A DNA stretch of 64,000 bases. Origin: Hyphomicrobiales bacterium (lineage in GTDB: Bacteria > Pseudomonadota > Alphaproteobacteria > Micropepsales > Micropepsaceae). The notes below the pieces were generated by a model. The model saw nothing but the letters and a program-made list of their open reading frames with translations, was not told where the DNA came from and did no database searches. The stretch is from NCBI GenBank assembly GCA_040255365.1, contig JBDZUY010000010.1, positions 2,556 to 66,555 on the forward strand, written 5' to 3'. Both the position numbers and the translations under genes were made by a program. This document shows positions 54,395 through 64,000 of this stretch, in pieces. Position 1 is the first letter of the stretch. Each line of letters starts with the position of its first letter.

Positions 54395-54808
54395 CTATTC
54401 CGCCAGCGCAGCGGGCGAAAACCCATCCGGTCCCGCCACAAAGCCGCGCAATTCTTCGCTTCCCTCGCTCACCGCCGCGATCAGCCAGATAAAATCCGCT
54501 TCGCTGATGCCCGCGCGGTCGCGTTCAGACGGCTCAGCCCTGCCATTGGGGTGCGAATGGTAACAGCCAACAATGCTGCGCGGCGTGTCGCGCAAGGCGT
54601 GCATCAGGCGAAATTGCTCAGCCGGATCAATTTCAAAAGCATCATCGGCCTTGGCCACATTGCGCGCAGAATGCACCGCGTTGATACGCACCACATCGCC
54701 GTCGCGCGTCCCTTCCAGCAGACCACAGGCTTCACGCGGGGCGGCATGGCGCGCCTGACCCAGTATCGCCTCACGCAAATCCGCAGGAATGATGACCCGT
54801 TCGATCAT
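54395..54808 (-). CDS. Mov34/MPN/JAB-domain metallopeptidase
   Basis: 137 aa. An upstream Glu (EACGLLEG) and an intact JAMM motif HSHPNGRAEPSERD (H-x-H-x7-S-x2-D). Confidence 0.85.
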   Translation of the reverse strand: MIERVIIPADLREAILGQARHAAPREACGLLEGTRDGDVVRINAVHSARNVAKADDAFEIDPAEQFRLMHALRDTPRSIVGCYHSHPNGRAEPSERDRAGISEADFIWLIAAVSEGSEELRGFVAGPDGFSPAALAE

Positions 54809-54815
54809 ACGCGTC

Positions 54816-55100
54816 TCAGGGATTTTGTGGCGCTGGGCGGATTTTGGCGATCAACCTGCCAGTTTGTGTATCGATGATGTCAACCTCTACGCCGCCCGCC
54901 GTCTGCACCTGCAGCACCACACGATTGTCCTGCACATCCAAGCGCTTGATCGTGGCGCCGGGGGCAAGTGTAAGAATAGCGGGTTTTTCGGTCGCGACTG
55001 TTGCGGCGGATGTGGAAGACCCGCTCATATTGCGCGCAATACCGAAGACCACCAGCCCCAGCGCAATCACAATCAGCGCACCCAGAATAATCACCGCCAT
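54816..55100 (-). CDS. small single-pass membrane protein
   Basis: 94 aa from ATG 55100 (MAVIILGALIVIALGLVVFGIA...) followed by a beta-rich soluble tail. A GTG at 55178 would add 26 aa but would overlap the divergent rluD start. Confidence 0.5.
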   Translation of the reverse strand: MAVIILGALIVIALGLVVFGIARNMSGSSTSAATVATEKPAILTLAPGATIKRLDVQDNRVVLQVQTAGGVEVDIIDTQTGRLIAKIRPAPQNP

Positions 55101-55167
55101 CTTGGCTGCGCGATGGGATACGATACCGCTTTGATTTTCAGCGGCGGAAACAGTGCCCTCTTCTTCG

Positions 55168-56193
55168 ATGTCAGACACGGACCATTCCTCTATCAGCGGG
55201 CAGCTGCTTACGGCAGCGGTGGATGAAGCGCAAACAGGCCAGCGGCTTGATGTGTTCCTGACCGCCGCGCTGGGCGGGTTCAGCCGGGCGCGGGTGCAAG
55301 GGCTCATCGCAAGCGGCGCAGTCTCGCGCGCAAACGAGACGATAGGAGACGCGAATAAACGGGTCAAACAGGGTGAGGAATACAGCGTTGCCGTGCCGCC
55401 GCCGGTGCCCGCAATACCGCAAGGCCAGAACATTCCGCTGAACGTGGTTTACGAAGACGATGATCTGATCGTGATCGACAAACCGGCCGGCATGGTGGTG
55501 CACCCCGCCGCGGGCAACCCGGATGGCACCTTGGTCAATGCGCTGATCGCCCATTGCGGCGAAAGCCTTCAGGGCGTCGGCGGCGAATTGCGCCCCGGCA
55601 TCGTGCACCGCATCGACAAGGATACCAGCGGGCTTTTGATCGCCGCCAAGAACGAACGCACCATGCGCAGCCTGGGCAAACAATTTGCCGCCCATGCGAT
55701 AGAGCGCGTCTATCACACCATTGTCTGGGGCACGCCAAGGCTGGGCAGCGGCGTGGTGGAAGGCGATATCGGCCGCAACCCGCATGATCGCAAACGCATG
55801 GCGATTGTGCGCGCTGGCGGTAAACACGCCCGCACCCATTACCGGGTGGTGGAACGCTTTGGCACCGGCACACGGATCATTGCCGCGCTGGTGGAATGCC
55901 GGCTGGAAACCGGGCGCACCCACCAAATTCGCGTGCATCTGACCCATCTGGGCCATCCGCTGATCGGCGATGCGACCTATGGCAAGGCGCGCCAGCCTCC
56001 CCGGCCCAAAACCCCTGAGGAAGAACGGGCTTTTGCTGCTGCCGCCAATTTTCCCCGTCAGGCGCTGCATGCTGCGGTTCTGGGCTTCCATCATCCGGGG
56101 CTGGACCGGCCTTTGCATTTTGAATCAGCGTTACCGGCGGATTTATCCGCCCTTTTGGGGGCCTTGCGCGCCTTGCCAAATGGCCAATCGTGA
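55168..56193 (+). CDS. rluD: RluA/RluD family 23S rRNA pseudouridine synthase
   Basis: S4-like N-terminus (QRLDVFL), catalytic motif HRIDKDTSGLLIAAK, and RTHQIRVH. Start is ATG 55168 (the track begins at GTG 55153). Confidence 0.9.
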   Translation: MSDTDHSSISGQLLTAAVDEAQTGQRLDVFLTAALGGFSRARVQGLIASGAVSRANETIGDANKRVKQGEEYSVAVPPPVPAIPQGQNIPLNVVYEDDDLIVIDKPAGMVVHPAAGNPDGTLVNALIAHCGESLQGVGGELRPGIVHRIDKDTSGLLIAAKNERTMRSLGKQFAAHAIERVYHTIVWGTPRLGSGVVEGDIGRNPHDRKRMAIVRAGGKHARTHYRVVERFGTGTRIIAALVECRLETGRTHQIRVHLTHLGHPLIGDATYGKARQPPRPKTPEEERAFAAAANFPRQALHAAVLGFHHPGLDRPLHFESALPADLSALLGALRALPNGQS

Positions 56194-56260
56194 CTAAGTG
56201 ATAATGTCCGGTTGGGGCGTTTTTCTGTTAACACTTATCCAACCCGAACACTGGCCAGGG

Positions 56261-56266
56261 TATAAT
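56261..56266 (+). promoter_or_regulatory. candidate -10 element upstream of rpoH
   Basis: A perfect TATAAT lies 68 nt upstream of the rpoH ATG. I found no convincing -35 element, so this is tentative. Confidence 0.25.
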
Positions 56267-56333
56267 CCGGCCAATAAATTTCAGGTTTGCCGTGGGACTT
56301 GGCCCGCGGTGAGCCCAGTAAGGGGTAAGTGCC

Positions 56334-57230
56334 ATGAGCAGCCGCGGTTTGCCGTCGCTCAATAGTGATGGCGGGCTCTCCCGCTATCTGACCGAAATCC
56401 GGAAGTTTCCGCTTCTGGAGCCGGAAGAGGAGTACATGCTCGCCAAACGCTGGAAAGAGCATGAGGATTCCGAGGCCGCGCGTCAGCTCGTGACCAGCCA
56501 TTTGCGCCTTGTTGCCAAAATTGCGATGGGCTATCGCGGCTATGGCCTGCCCGTGTCCGAAATCGTGTCGGAGGGCAATGTCGGCCTGATGCAGGCGGTC
56601 AAACGGTTCGAACCGGACAAGGGGTTTCGCCTGGCCACCTATGCGATGTGGTGGATTCGCGCCGCGATACAGGAATACATCCTGCGGTCATGGAGCCTGG
56701 TAAAAATGGGCACGACGGCGGCGCAGAAGAAATTGTTTTTCAATTTGCGCAAAGCCAAGAACAAGATCGACGCCATTGAAGATGGCGACATGCACCCCGA
56801 ACACGTCACCGAGATCGCGACCAAGCTGGGTGTTTCGGAAACCGAAGTGGTCAATATGAACCGCCGGCTTTCGGGGCCTGATTCCTCGCTCAACGCGCCG
56901 ATGCGCGCCGATTCCGAATCCGAATGGCAGGACTGGCTGGCCGATGACGGGCTGGATCAGGAAACCATGCTTGCCAATTCTGAAGAGTTGGACGAGCGCC
57001 GCGAACTTTTGGCTGAAGCATTGGGCGAGTTGACTGCGCGCGAACGCAGCATCATTGAGGCACGCCGCTTGAGCGAAAATCCATTAACCCTGGAAGAGCT
57101 TTCGCAGAAATACGATGTCTCCAGAGAACGGGTACGCCAGATCGAAGTGCGCGCCTTTGAAAAGCTGCAAAAAGCGATGAAGAACGCGCTATCCCAAAAG
57201 CGCAGCCAAATGGCAGACACAGCTGGTTGA
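56334..57230 (+). CDS. rpoH: RNA polymerase sigma-32 (heat-shock sigma factor)
   Basis: 298 aa. Region 2 (LRLVAKIAMGYRGYGL, GNVGLMQAVKRFEP, YAMWWIRAAIQEY), RpoH box (AQKKLFFNLRKAK), and region 4 (LEELSQKYDVSRERVRQIE). Confidence 0.93.
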   Translation: MSSRGLPSLNSDGGLSRYLTEIRKFPLLEPEEEYMLAKRWKEHEDSEAARQLVTSHLRLVAKIAMGYRGYGLPVSEIVSEGNVGLMQAVKRFEPDKGFRLATYAMWWIRAAIQEYILRSWSLVKMGTTAAQKKLFFNLRKAKNKIDAIEDGDMHPEHVTEIATKLGVSETEVVNMNRRLSGPDSSLNAPMRADSESEWQDWLADDGLDQETMLANSEELDERRELLAEALGELTARERSIIEARRLSENPLTLEELSQKYDVSRERVRQIEVRAFEKLQKAMKNALSQKRSQMADTAG

Positions 57231-58051
57231 TACGCAAATTGCCCCTGAAACTTTGGCAGATAGATGCGTTTGCAAGCGAGCCGCTGGAGGGCAACCCGGC
57301 GGCGATCGTGCCGCTGGAAGCATGGCTTGATGCGGAGCTGATGCAAAAAATCGCCAACGAGAACAATCTGGCGGAAACTGCCTTCTTCGTAAAAACGGCA
57401 CCCGGAAAATATGATTTGCGCTGGTTTACCCCCGCCGCCGAAGTTGACCTTTGCGGTCATGCGACGCTGGCCAGCGCGTGGCTGATTTTCGATAGCCTTG
57501 AACCTGATTTGAAATCGGTTGCGTTCGAAACCCGGTCTGGAACATTGAGCGTCGAGCGTGGCCATGACGGGCGGCACAGCATGTCGCTGCCCGCCGACCC
57601 GGTTTTGCCGTTTGCACAAGCCAAAGAATTCGAGATCCTGATCGCCGAAGCGCTGGGCGTTCCGCCACCGAGTGAAATTTTGATCGGCCGGTATTTGATG
57701 GGTGTGTGGAACGATCCCAAAACAATACGCGCCCTGGAAGGGTCGGGCGACATTGCGCGGGTTCTGCGCAAAGCCGGGCAATGGGGTTTCATCGCCACCG
57801 CGCCCGGTGATGGCGATCTTGATTTCATTTCGCGCTTCTTCGCGCCGGACAAGGGCGTGCCCGAAGACCCGGTAACCGGGTCCGCACATTGCGCGTTAAC
57901 GCCCTATTGGGCGCGGCGGCTGGAGAAAACCACGCTACATGCGCGGCAGGTAAGTCCGCGCGGCGGAGATGTGACGTGCACCGACGCCAGCGAGCGCATC
58001 ATTCTGTCCGGGCCATGCGCGCTTTATATGGTTGGCGAAATCGCACTGTAA
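57227..58051 (+). CDS. PhzF family isomerase-like protein
   Basis: 274 aa. Motifs WQIDAFASEPLEGNPAAIV, FFVK, LCGHATLA, EDPVTGSAHCAL. The TTG start overlaps the rpoH stop, so the exact start is uncertain. Confidence 0.86.
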   Translation: MIRKLPLKLWQIDAFASEPLEGNPAAIVPLEAWLDAELMQKIANENNLAETAFFVKTAPGKYDLRWFTPAAEVDLCGHATLASAWLIFDSLEPDLKSVAFETRSGTLSVERGHDGRHSMSLPADPVLPFAQAKEFEILIAEALGVPPPSEILIGRYLMGVWNDPKTIRALEGSGDIARVLRKAGQWGFIATAPGDGDLDFISRFFAPDKGVPEDPVTGSAHCALTPYWARRLEKTTLHARQVSPRGGDVTCTDASERIILSGPCALYMVGEIAL

Positions 58052-58095
58052 GTATCGGGCGCGCAAACGCCGCAGACAGTTTTTTGCGCACGCTG

Positions 58096-58124
58096 TTGAC
58101 TGCCAAGCGGCGCGCTCCTACATA
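58096..58124 (+). promoter_or_regulatory. candidate sigma-70-type promoter for serC-serA
   Basis: TTGACT (58096-58101), a 17-nt spacer, then TACATA (58119-58124). This is about 55 nt upstream of the serC start. Confidence 0.3.
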
Positions 58125-58179
58125 GAACGCGGGCCACGCCCCCCCAACGGGGCGCTTCATTCTGAAAGGAATGATTGAT

Positions 58180-59337
58180 ATGACCGGAACCGTTCCGGCC
58201 GTGCGCCCTGCACGGCCTTTTTTTTCGTCTGGACCATGCGCAAAGCGCCCGGGCTGGACTGTCGAAGCCCTGAACGCCGCCCTTGTTGGCCGTTCGCACC
58301 GCTCCAAACCTAGCAAAGCCAAATTGAAAGACGCGATAGAACGCACGCGCGCCATTCTTGGCGTGCCGTCCGATTATCGCATCGGCATTGTACCGGCATC
58401 CGATACCGGCGCCGTGGAAATGGCGCTGTGGTCGATGCTGGGGACAAGGCCCGTCGATTGTTTTGCGTGGGAAAGTTTTGGCGAAGACTGGGTTACCGAT
58501 GTGGTGAAACAGCTCAAGCTGAAAGACGCGAACATCATCAAAGCCGGTTACGGCGCGCTGCCTGATTTGGCAAAGGCCAATCCCAAACACGACACTGTGT
58601 TTTTGTGGAACGGCACGACCAGTGGCGTGCGCGTGCCCAATGGCGACTGGATTTCTGATGATCGCGAAGGCCTGACCTTTTGCGATGCGACCAGCGCCGC
58701 GTTTGCGATGGATTTGCCGTGGGCCAAGCTCGATGTCACGACATTCTCTTGGCAAAAGGTGCTGGGCGGTGAGGCTGCGCACGGCATGCTGATCCTGTCT
58801 CCGCGCGCCGTGGAACGGCTGGAAACATTCACACCCGACCGCCCATTGCCAAAAATTTTCCGCATGACCAAAGGCGGTAAAATCAATGAAGGCATTTTTG
58901 TTGGCGAGACGATCAACACGCCGTCCATGCTGGCGGTTGAAGATTATCTTGACGCGCTGATATGGGCGGCCAGCGTGGGCGGGCTGAAAGGCCTGATCGC
59001 ACGCGCAGATAACAACGCCGCCGTGATCGACGCATTTGTGCAAAAATCTGATTGGCTGGATTTTCTGGCCGAAGACACGGCAGTGCGTTCCAACACATCG
59101 GTCTGCCTGAAAATTACCGATCCGTGGTTCTCCAAGCTGGACGATGACGCCAAAGCCGCGGCGGCAAAGAAGATCGCCACGCTGCTTGAAGCCGAAGGCG
59201 TTGCGTACGACATTGCGTCCTATCGCAGCGCGCCGCCGGGTTTACGCATCTGGTGCGGCGCAACCGTGGAAACAAACGATCTTCAAGCCCTGATGCCATG
59301 GCTCGATTGGGCCTGGAGCCAGATCAAGCAAGGCTGA
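58180..59337 (+). CDS. serC: phosphoserine aminotransferase (alphaproteobacterial type)
   Basis: [26 protein letters not shown] matches the N-terminal pattern of alpha-type SerC. The track ORF begins at ATG 58171. Confidence 0.9.
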   Translation: MTGTVPAVRPARPFFSSGPCAKRPGWTVEALNAALVGRSHRSKPSKAKLKDAIERTRAILGVPSDYRIGIVPASDTGAVEMALWSMLGTRPVDCFAWESFGEDWVTDVVKQLKLKDANIIKAGYGALPDLAKANPKHDTVFLWNGTTSGVRVPNGDWISDDREGLTFCDATSAAFAMDLPWAKLDVTTFSWQKVLGGEAAHGMLILSPRAVERLETFTPDRPLPKIFRMTKGGKINEGIFVGETINTPSMLAVEDYLDALIWAASVGGLKGLIARADNNAAVIDAFVQKSDWLDFLAEDTAVRSNTSVCLKITDPWFSKLDDDAKAAAAKKIATLLEAEGVAYDIASYRSAPPGLRIWCGATVETNDLQALMPWLDWAWSQIKQG

Positions 59338-59414
59338 ACAATCGCCACCACCACCTTCCGGCGCATGTGCGCCACCTTCCCTCGCCAAGGTGGGAAGGAA
59401 AAGGAGCCAATGAA

Positions 59415-60995
59415 ATGCCCAAAGTTTTAATTGCCGACAAACTTTCGCCCGCCGCCATCGCCATTTTCAAGGAACGCGGTGTCGAGGCCGATTTCAAACC
59501 CGGTATGAGCAAGGAAGAATTGCTCGCCTGTGTCGATCAATATGACGGCATTGCCATTCGTTCGGCGACCAAGATCACGGCAGATGTCGTGAAGGCCGCA
59601 AAGCATTTGAAAGTGGTTGGCCGCGCCGGTATCGGCGTCGACAATGTCGATATTCCCGCCGCCACGGCTGCAGGTGTGATCGTGATGAACACACCGTTCG
59701 GCAATTCCATCACCACCGCCGAACACGCCATTGCACTGATGATGGCGCTGGCGCGCGATATTCCGGCTGCCAACACATCCACGCAGGCTGGCAAATGGGA
59801 AAAGAGCCGGTTCATGGGTGTGGAGCTTTACGGCAAAACGCTTGGCCTGATCGGTGCGGGCAATATTGGTTCTATTGTCGCCGACCGCGCCAAGGGTTTG
59901 AAAATGCGTGTCGCCGCATTCGATCCCTACCTTTCGCCGGAACGGGCCGCCGATCTGGGCATCGAAAAGGTGGAGCTGGACGAACTTTTGGCGCGCGCCG
60001 ATTTCATCACCCTGCACACGCCGCTGACCAACGAGACACGCGGCATTATTTCCGCCGATGCGATCAACAAAATGAAAAAGGGTGTGCGCATCATCAATTG
60101 CGCGCGCGGCGGACTGGTCGATGAAGGTGCGTTGAAAGTAGCGCTGGATGCGGGCCACGTGGCAGGCGCGGCACTGGATGTGTTTGAAGAAGAGCCCGCC
60201 AAATCGAACATGCTGTTCGGCAATGAAAAAGTGGTGGCAACGCCGCATCTTGGCGCCTCCACATCGGAAGCGCAGGAAAACGTCGCCATACAGGTCGCAG
60301 AACAAATCGCGGATTACCTTTTGACCGGCGCGATTACCAATGCGCTCAACATGCCGTCGATTTCCGCCAGCGAAGCACAACAGGTCAAGCCGTGGATTGT
60401 GCTTTCGGAAAAACTGGGCGCGTTTGTTGGCCAGTTGGTCGAGAGCAGCATGGAATCTGTTGAAATTCTTTATGAAGGCACGGCCGCCGAACTGAACCAG
60501 CGCGCGCTGACACAGGCCGCGCTGTCCGGCCTGCTGAAACCGGCATTGGCCGAAGTGAATATGGTCAACGCCCCGATCATCGCCAAAGAACGCGGCATTA
60601 AAATCAGCGAGACGCGCCGTGACCAGCAGGGTATTTATGAGGGCTATATCAAGGTCACTGCGACCCTGAATGACGGCACCACGCGCCGCGTCGCGGGCAC
60701 CGTGTTTTCCGATGGACGGCCCCGCCTGATTCAGGTGAAAGACATCAATCTGGACGCTGAATTTGCGCCGCACATGCTCTATGTCGTCAACGAAGACAAA
60801 CCCGGCTTTATCGGAAGGCTTGGCACTTTGCTGGGCGAGACGGGCGTGAACATCGCCAATTTCAATCTGGGCCGCGAAAAGGCCGGAGCGGATGCAATTG
60901 CGCTGATCGAAGTGGATGGCGATCTGGACGACAAGGTGCTGGCCCAGATTAACAAGCTGCCGCTGGTGAAACTGGCACGCGAACTGAACTTTTAG
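59415..60995 (+). CDS. serA: D-3-phosphoglycerate dehydrogenase (long form with ASB/ACT domains)
   Basis: 526 aa from ATG 59415 (AAGGAG 8 nt upstream). Motifs MPKVLIADKLS, GRAGIGVDNVD, NAD motif GLIGAGNIGS, catalytic HLGAST, and a C-terminal ACT (NEDKPGFIGRLGTLLG). Confidence 0.93.
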   Translation: MPKVLIADKLSPAAIAIFKERGVEADFKPGMSKEELLACVDQYDGIAIRSATKITADVVKAAKHLKVVGRAGIGVDNVDIPAATAAGVIVMNTPFGNSITTAEHAIALMMALARDIPAANTSTQAGKWEKSRFMGVELYGKTLGLIGAGNIGSIVADRAKGLKMRVAAFDPYLSPERAADLGIEKVELDELLARADFITLHTPLTNETRGIISADAINKMKKGVRIINCARGGLVDEGALKVALDAGHVAGAALDVFEEEPAKSNMLFGNEKVVATPHLGASTSEAQENVAIQVAEQIADYLLTGAITNALNMPSISASEAQQVKPWIVLSEKLGAFVGQLVESSMESVEILYEGTAAELNQRALTQAALSGLLKPALAEVNMVNAPIIAKERGIKISETRRDQQGIYEGYIKVTATLNDGTTRRVAGTVFSDGRPRLIQVKDINLDAEFAPHMLYVVNEDKPGFIGRLGTLLGETGVNIANFNLGREKAGADAIALIEVDGDLDDKVLAQINKLPLVKLARELNF

Positions 60996-61099
60996 CTTCC
61001 GAAAATGGGCCCTGACATTGCTGCCCCAATAAGGCTATAAGTCGTCACCGTGCCCTGGCGATGCCGCTGATGGGCGTCACATAATCCGGGTACGGTAGA

Positions 61100-62395
61100 A
61101 TGGCGAATGTGGCCGTGATCGGCGCTCAATGGGGCGACGAAGGCAAAGGCAAGATTGTGGATTGGCTGTCGGCGCGTGCCGATGTCGTGGTGCGTTTTCA
61201 GGGCGGCCACAATGCTGGGCACACGTTGGTCATTGATGGCGTTACCTACAAATTGTCATTGCTGCCGTCCGGTGTTGTGCGCGAAGGCAAGCTTGCCATT
61301 ATCGGCAATGGTGTTGTCGTAGATCCGTGGGCCTTCATCGCCGAAATCGAAAAGCTGAAAGCACAAGGTGTTTCGATCACGCCAGACAGTCTGGTGCTGG
61401 CCGAGAACGCCGCGTTGATCCTGCCGCTACATCGCGAACTGGACGTGGCGCGAGAAACCTCCAACGCGTTGCATGCGCTGGGCACGACCAAGCGCGGCAT
61501 TGGCCCGGCCTATGAAGACAAAGTCGGCCGCCGCGCATTGCGCGTCATCGATCTGAAAGACATGGCTACGCTGCCGGACAAGATTGACCGGCTGCTGGCG
61601 CATCACAATGCGCTGCGCCGCGGCGTCGGCGCCGAAGAAATTTGCGAGAAAAAGCTGCTCGCCGAGATTACGGAAATCGCGCCAAAAATCCTGCCCTTTG
61701 CGGGTTCTTCCTGGCGCAGGCTGGATGAAGCGCGCCGCACAGGCCAGCGCATTCTGTTTGAAGGTGCGCAGGCTGTGCTACTCGATATCGATCACGGCAC
61801 CTATCCCTATGTCACCTCGTCCAACACGGTGGCGGGGCAAGCTGCGGCCGGTTCCGGCGTTGGCCCGCGTGATATCGGCTATGTGCTGGGCATTGTGAAG
61901 GCTTATACCACACGCGTTGGCGAAGGCCCCTTCCCCACCGAACTGAAAGACGATACCGGTGAAAAACTGGGAACACGCGGTGCCGAATTTGGCACTGTCA
62001 CGGGGCGCAAACGGCGCTGCGGCTGGTTCGATTCCGTGCTGGTAAAGCAGACGATGATTACCGGCGGCGTGGACGGCATTGCGCTGACCAAGCTAGATGT
62101 TCTGGACGGCTTTGAAGAAATCAAGCTGTGCGTCGCATACGAACTGGACGGAAAAACCATCGACTATCTGCCCGCCGATGCCAACGAGCAGGCACGCTGC
62201 AAGCCGGTGTATGAAACCATCGCAGGCTGGAACGAATCCACCAAGGGCGCGCGCAGCTGGGCCGAGCTTCCGGCCGAAGCGGTGAAATATGTACGCCGGG
62301 TCGAGGAGCTTATTGGCGCGCCAGTCGCCCTGCTCTCCACCAGCCCGGAGCGCGAAGACACGATCCTGGTGCACGACCCCTTTCTGGACCGCTGA
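61100..62395 (+). CDS. purA: adenylosuccinate synthetase
   Basis: 431 aa. Motifs [50 protein letters not shown]. Confidence 0.95.
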   Translation: MANVAVIGAQWGDEGKGKIVDWLSARADVVVRFQGGHNAGHTLVIDGVTYKLSLLPSGVVREGKLAIIGNGVVVDPWAFIAEIEKLKAQGVSITPDSLVLAENAALILPLHRELDVARETSNALHALGTTKRGIGPAYEDKVGRRALRVIDLKDMATLPDKIDRLLAHHNALRRGVGAEEICEKKLLAEITEIAPKILPFAGSSWRRLDEARRTGQRILFEGAQAVLLDIDHGTYPYVTSSNTVAGQAAAGSGVGPRDIGYVLGIVKAYTTRVGEGPFPTELKDDTGEKLGTRGAEFGTVTGRKRRCGWFDSVLVKQTMITGGVDGIALTKLDVLDGFEEIKLCVAYELDGKTIDYLPADANEQARCKPVYETIAGWNESTKGARSWAELPAEAVKYVRRVEELIGAPVALLSTSPEREDTILVHDPFLDR

Positions 62396-62431
62396 AACGC
62401 TGCGTCAAGGACGCGCCGCCTCTTGCACTGA

Positions 62432-64000
<1,569 letters not shown>

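Noticed and set aside
59345-59400. A repeated CACCTTCC motif and a CCTTCCC/GGGAAGG hairpin between serC and serA.
   Set aside because: The stem is short (7 bp) with no U-tract, and serC-serA are normally co-transcribed. This is probably an incidental or mRNA-stability structure, with insufficient evidence for a regulatory element.

Overview
The window looks like a chromosomal segment from a roughly 60% GC alphaproteobacterium. Lineage markers include cpdR, chpT, DUF1036 next to pyk, a DUF1134/EipA-like gene, an alpha-type serC, and rpoH. It is densely packed with about 60 convincing protein genes on both strands, mostly housekeeping. These include pyk, glcDEF, rpmJ (missed by the ORF track), secF, rluD, rpoH, serC-serA, purA, thiD, cysQ and modBC. 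I also found two tRNAs (Val-GAC, Glu-CUC) and one cobalamin riboswitch in front of a btuB-like TonB-dependent receptor.

I saw no transposase, integrase, phage gene, CRISPR array, rRNA, or recognisable defence or toxin-antitoxin module. I cannot point to a clear-cut novel multi-gene system. The best leads are:
1. An orphan, minus-strand intrinsic terminator inside a 495-bp low-GC non-coding spacer. It is preceded by a single-stranded CCUCCC (anti-Shine-Dalgarno-like) stretch, which makes it a candidate trans-acting sRNA.
2. A 604-aa membrane-anchored protein with an NlpC/P60-like Cys...His...His signature and a large unassigned Cys-containing C-terminal domain.
3. A translationally coupled GT-C / GtrB-like GT2 / GtrA cassette behind an SQD2-like GT4, suggesting an envelope glycosylation or glycolipid module.
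4. An H-NOX gene overlapping a GAF histidine kinase, with no response regulator in the operon.
5. phoD-modB-modC in one string without modA.
6. A tonB-exbB-exbD-exbD-TPR operon with a terminator-like leader hairpin.
7. Helically phased CTTTGGGG repeats next to cpdR.

Many long ORFs in the track are antisense shadows typical of high-GC DNA and were discarded. All functional calls come from reading motifs by eye; no database search was run.
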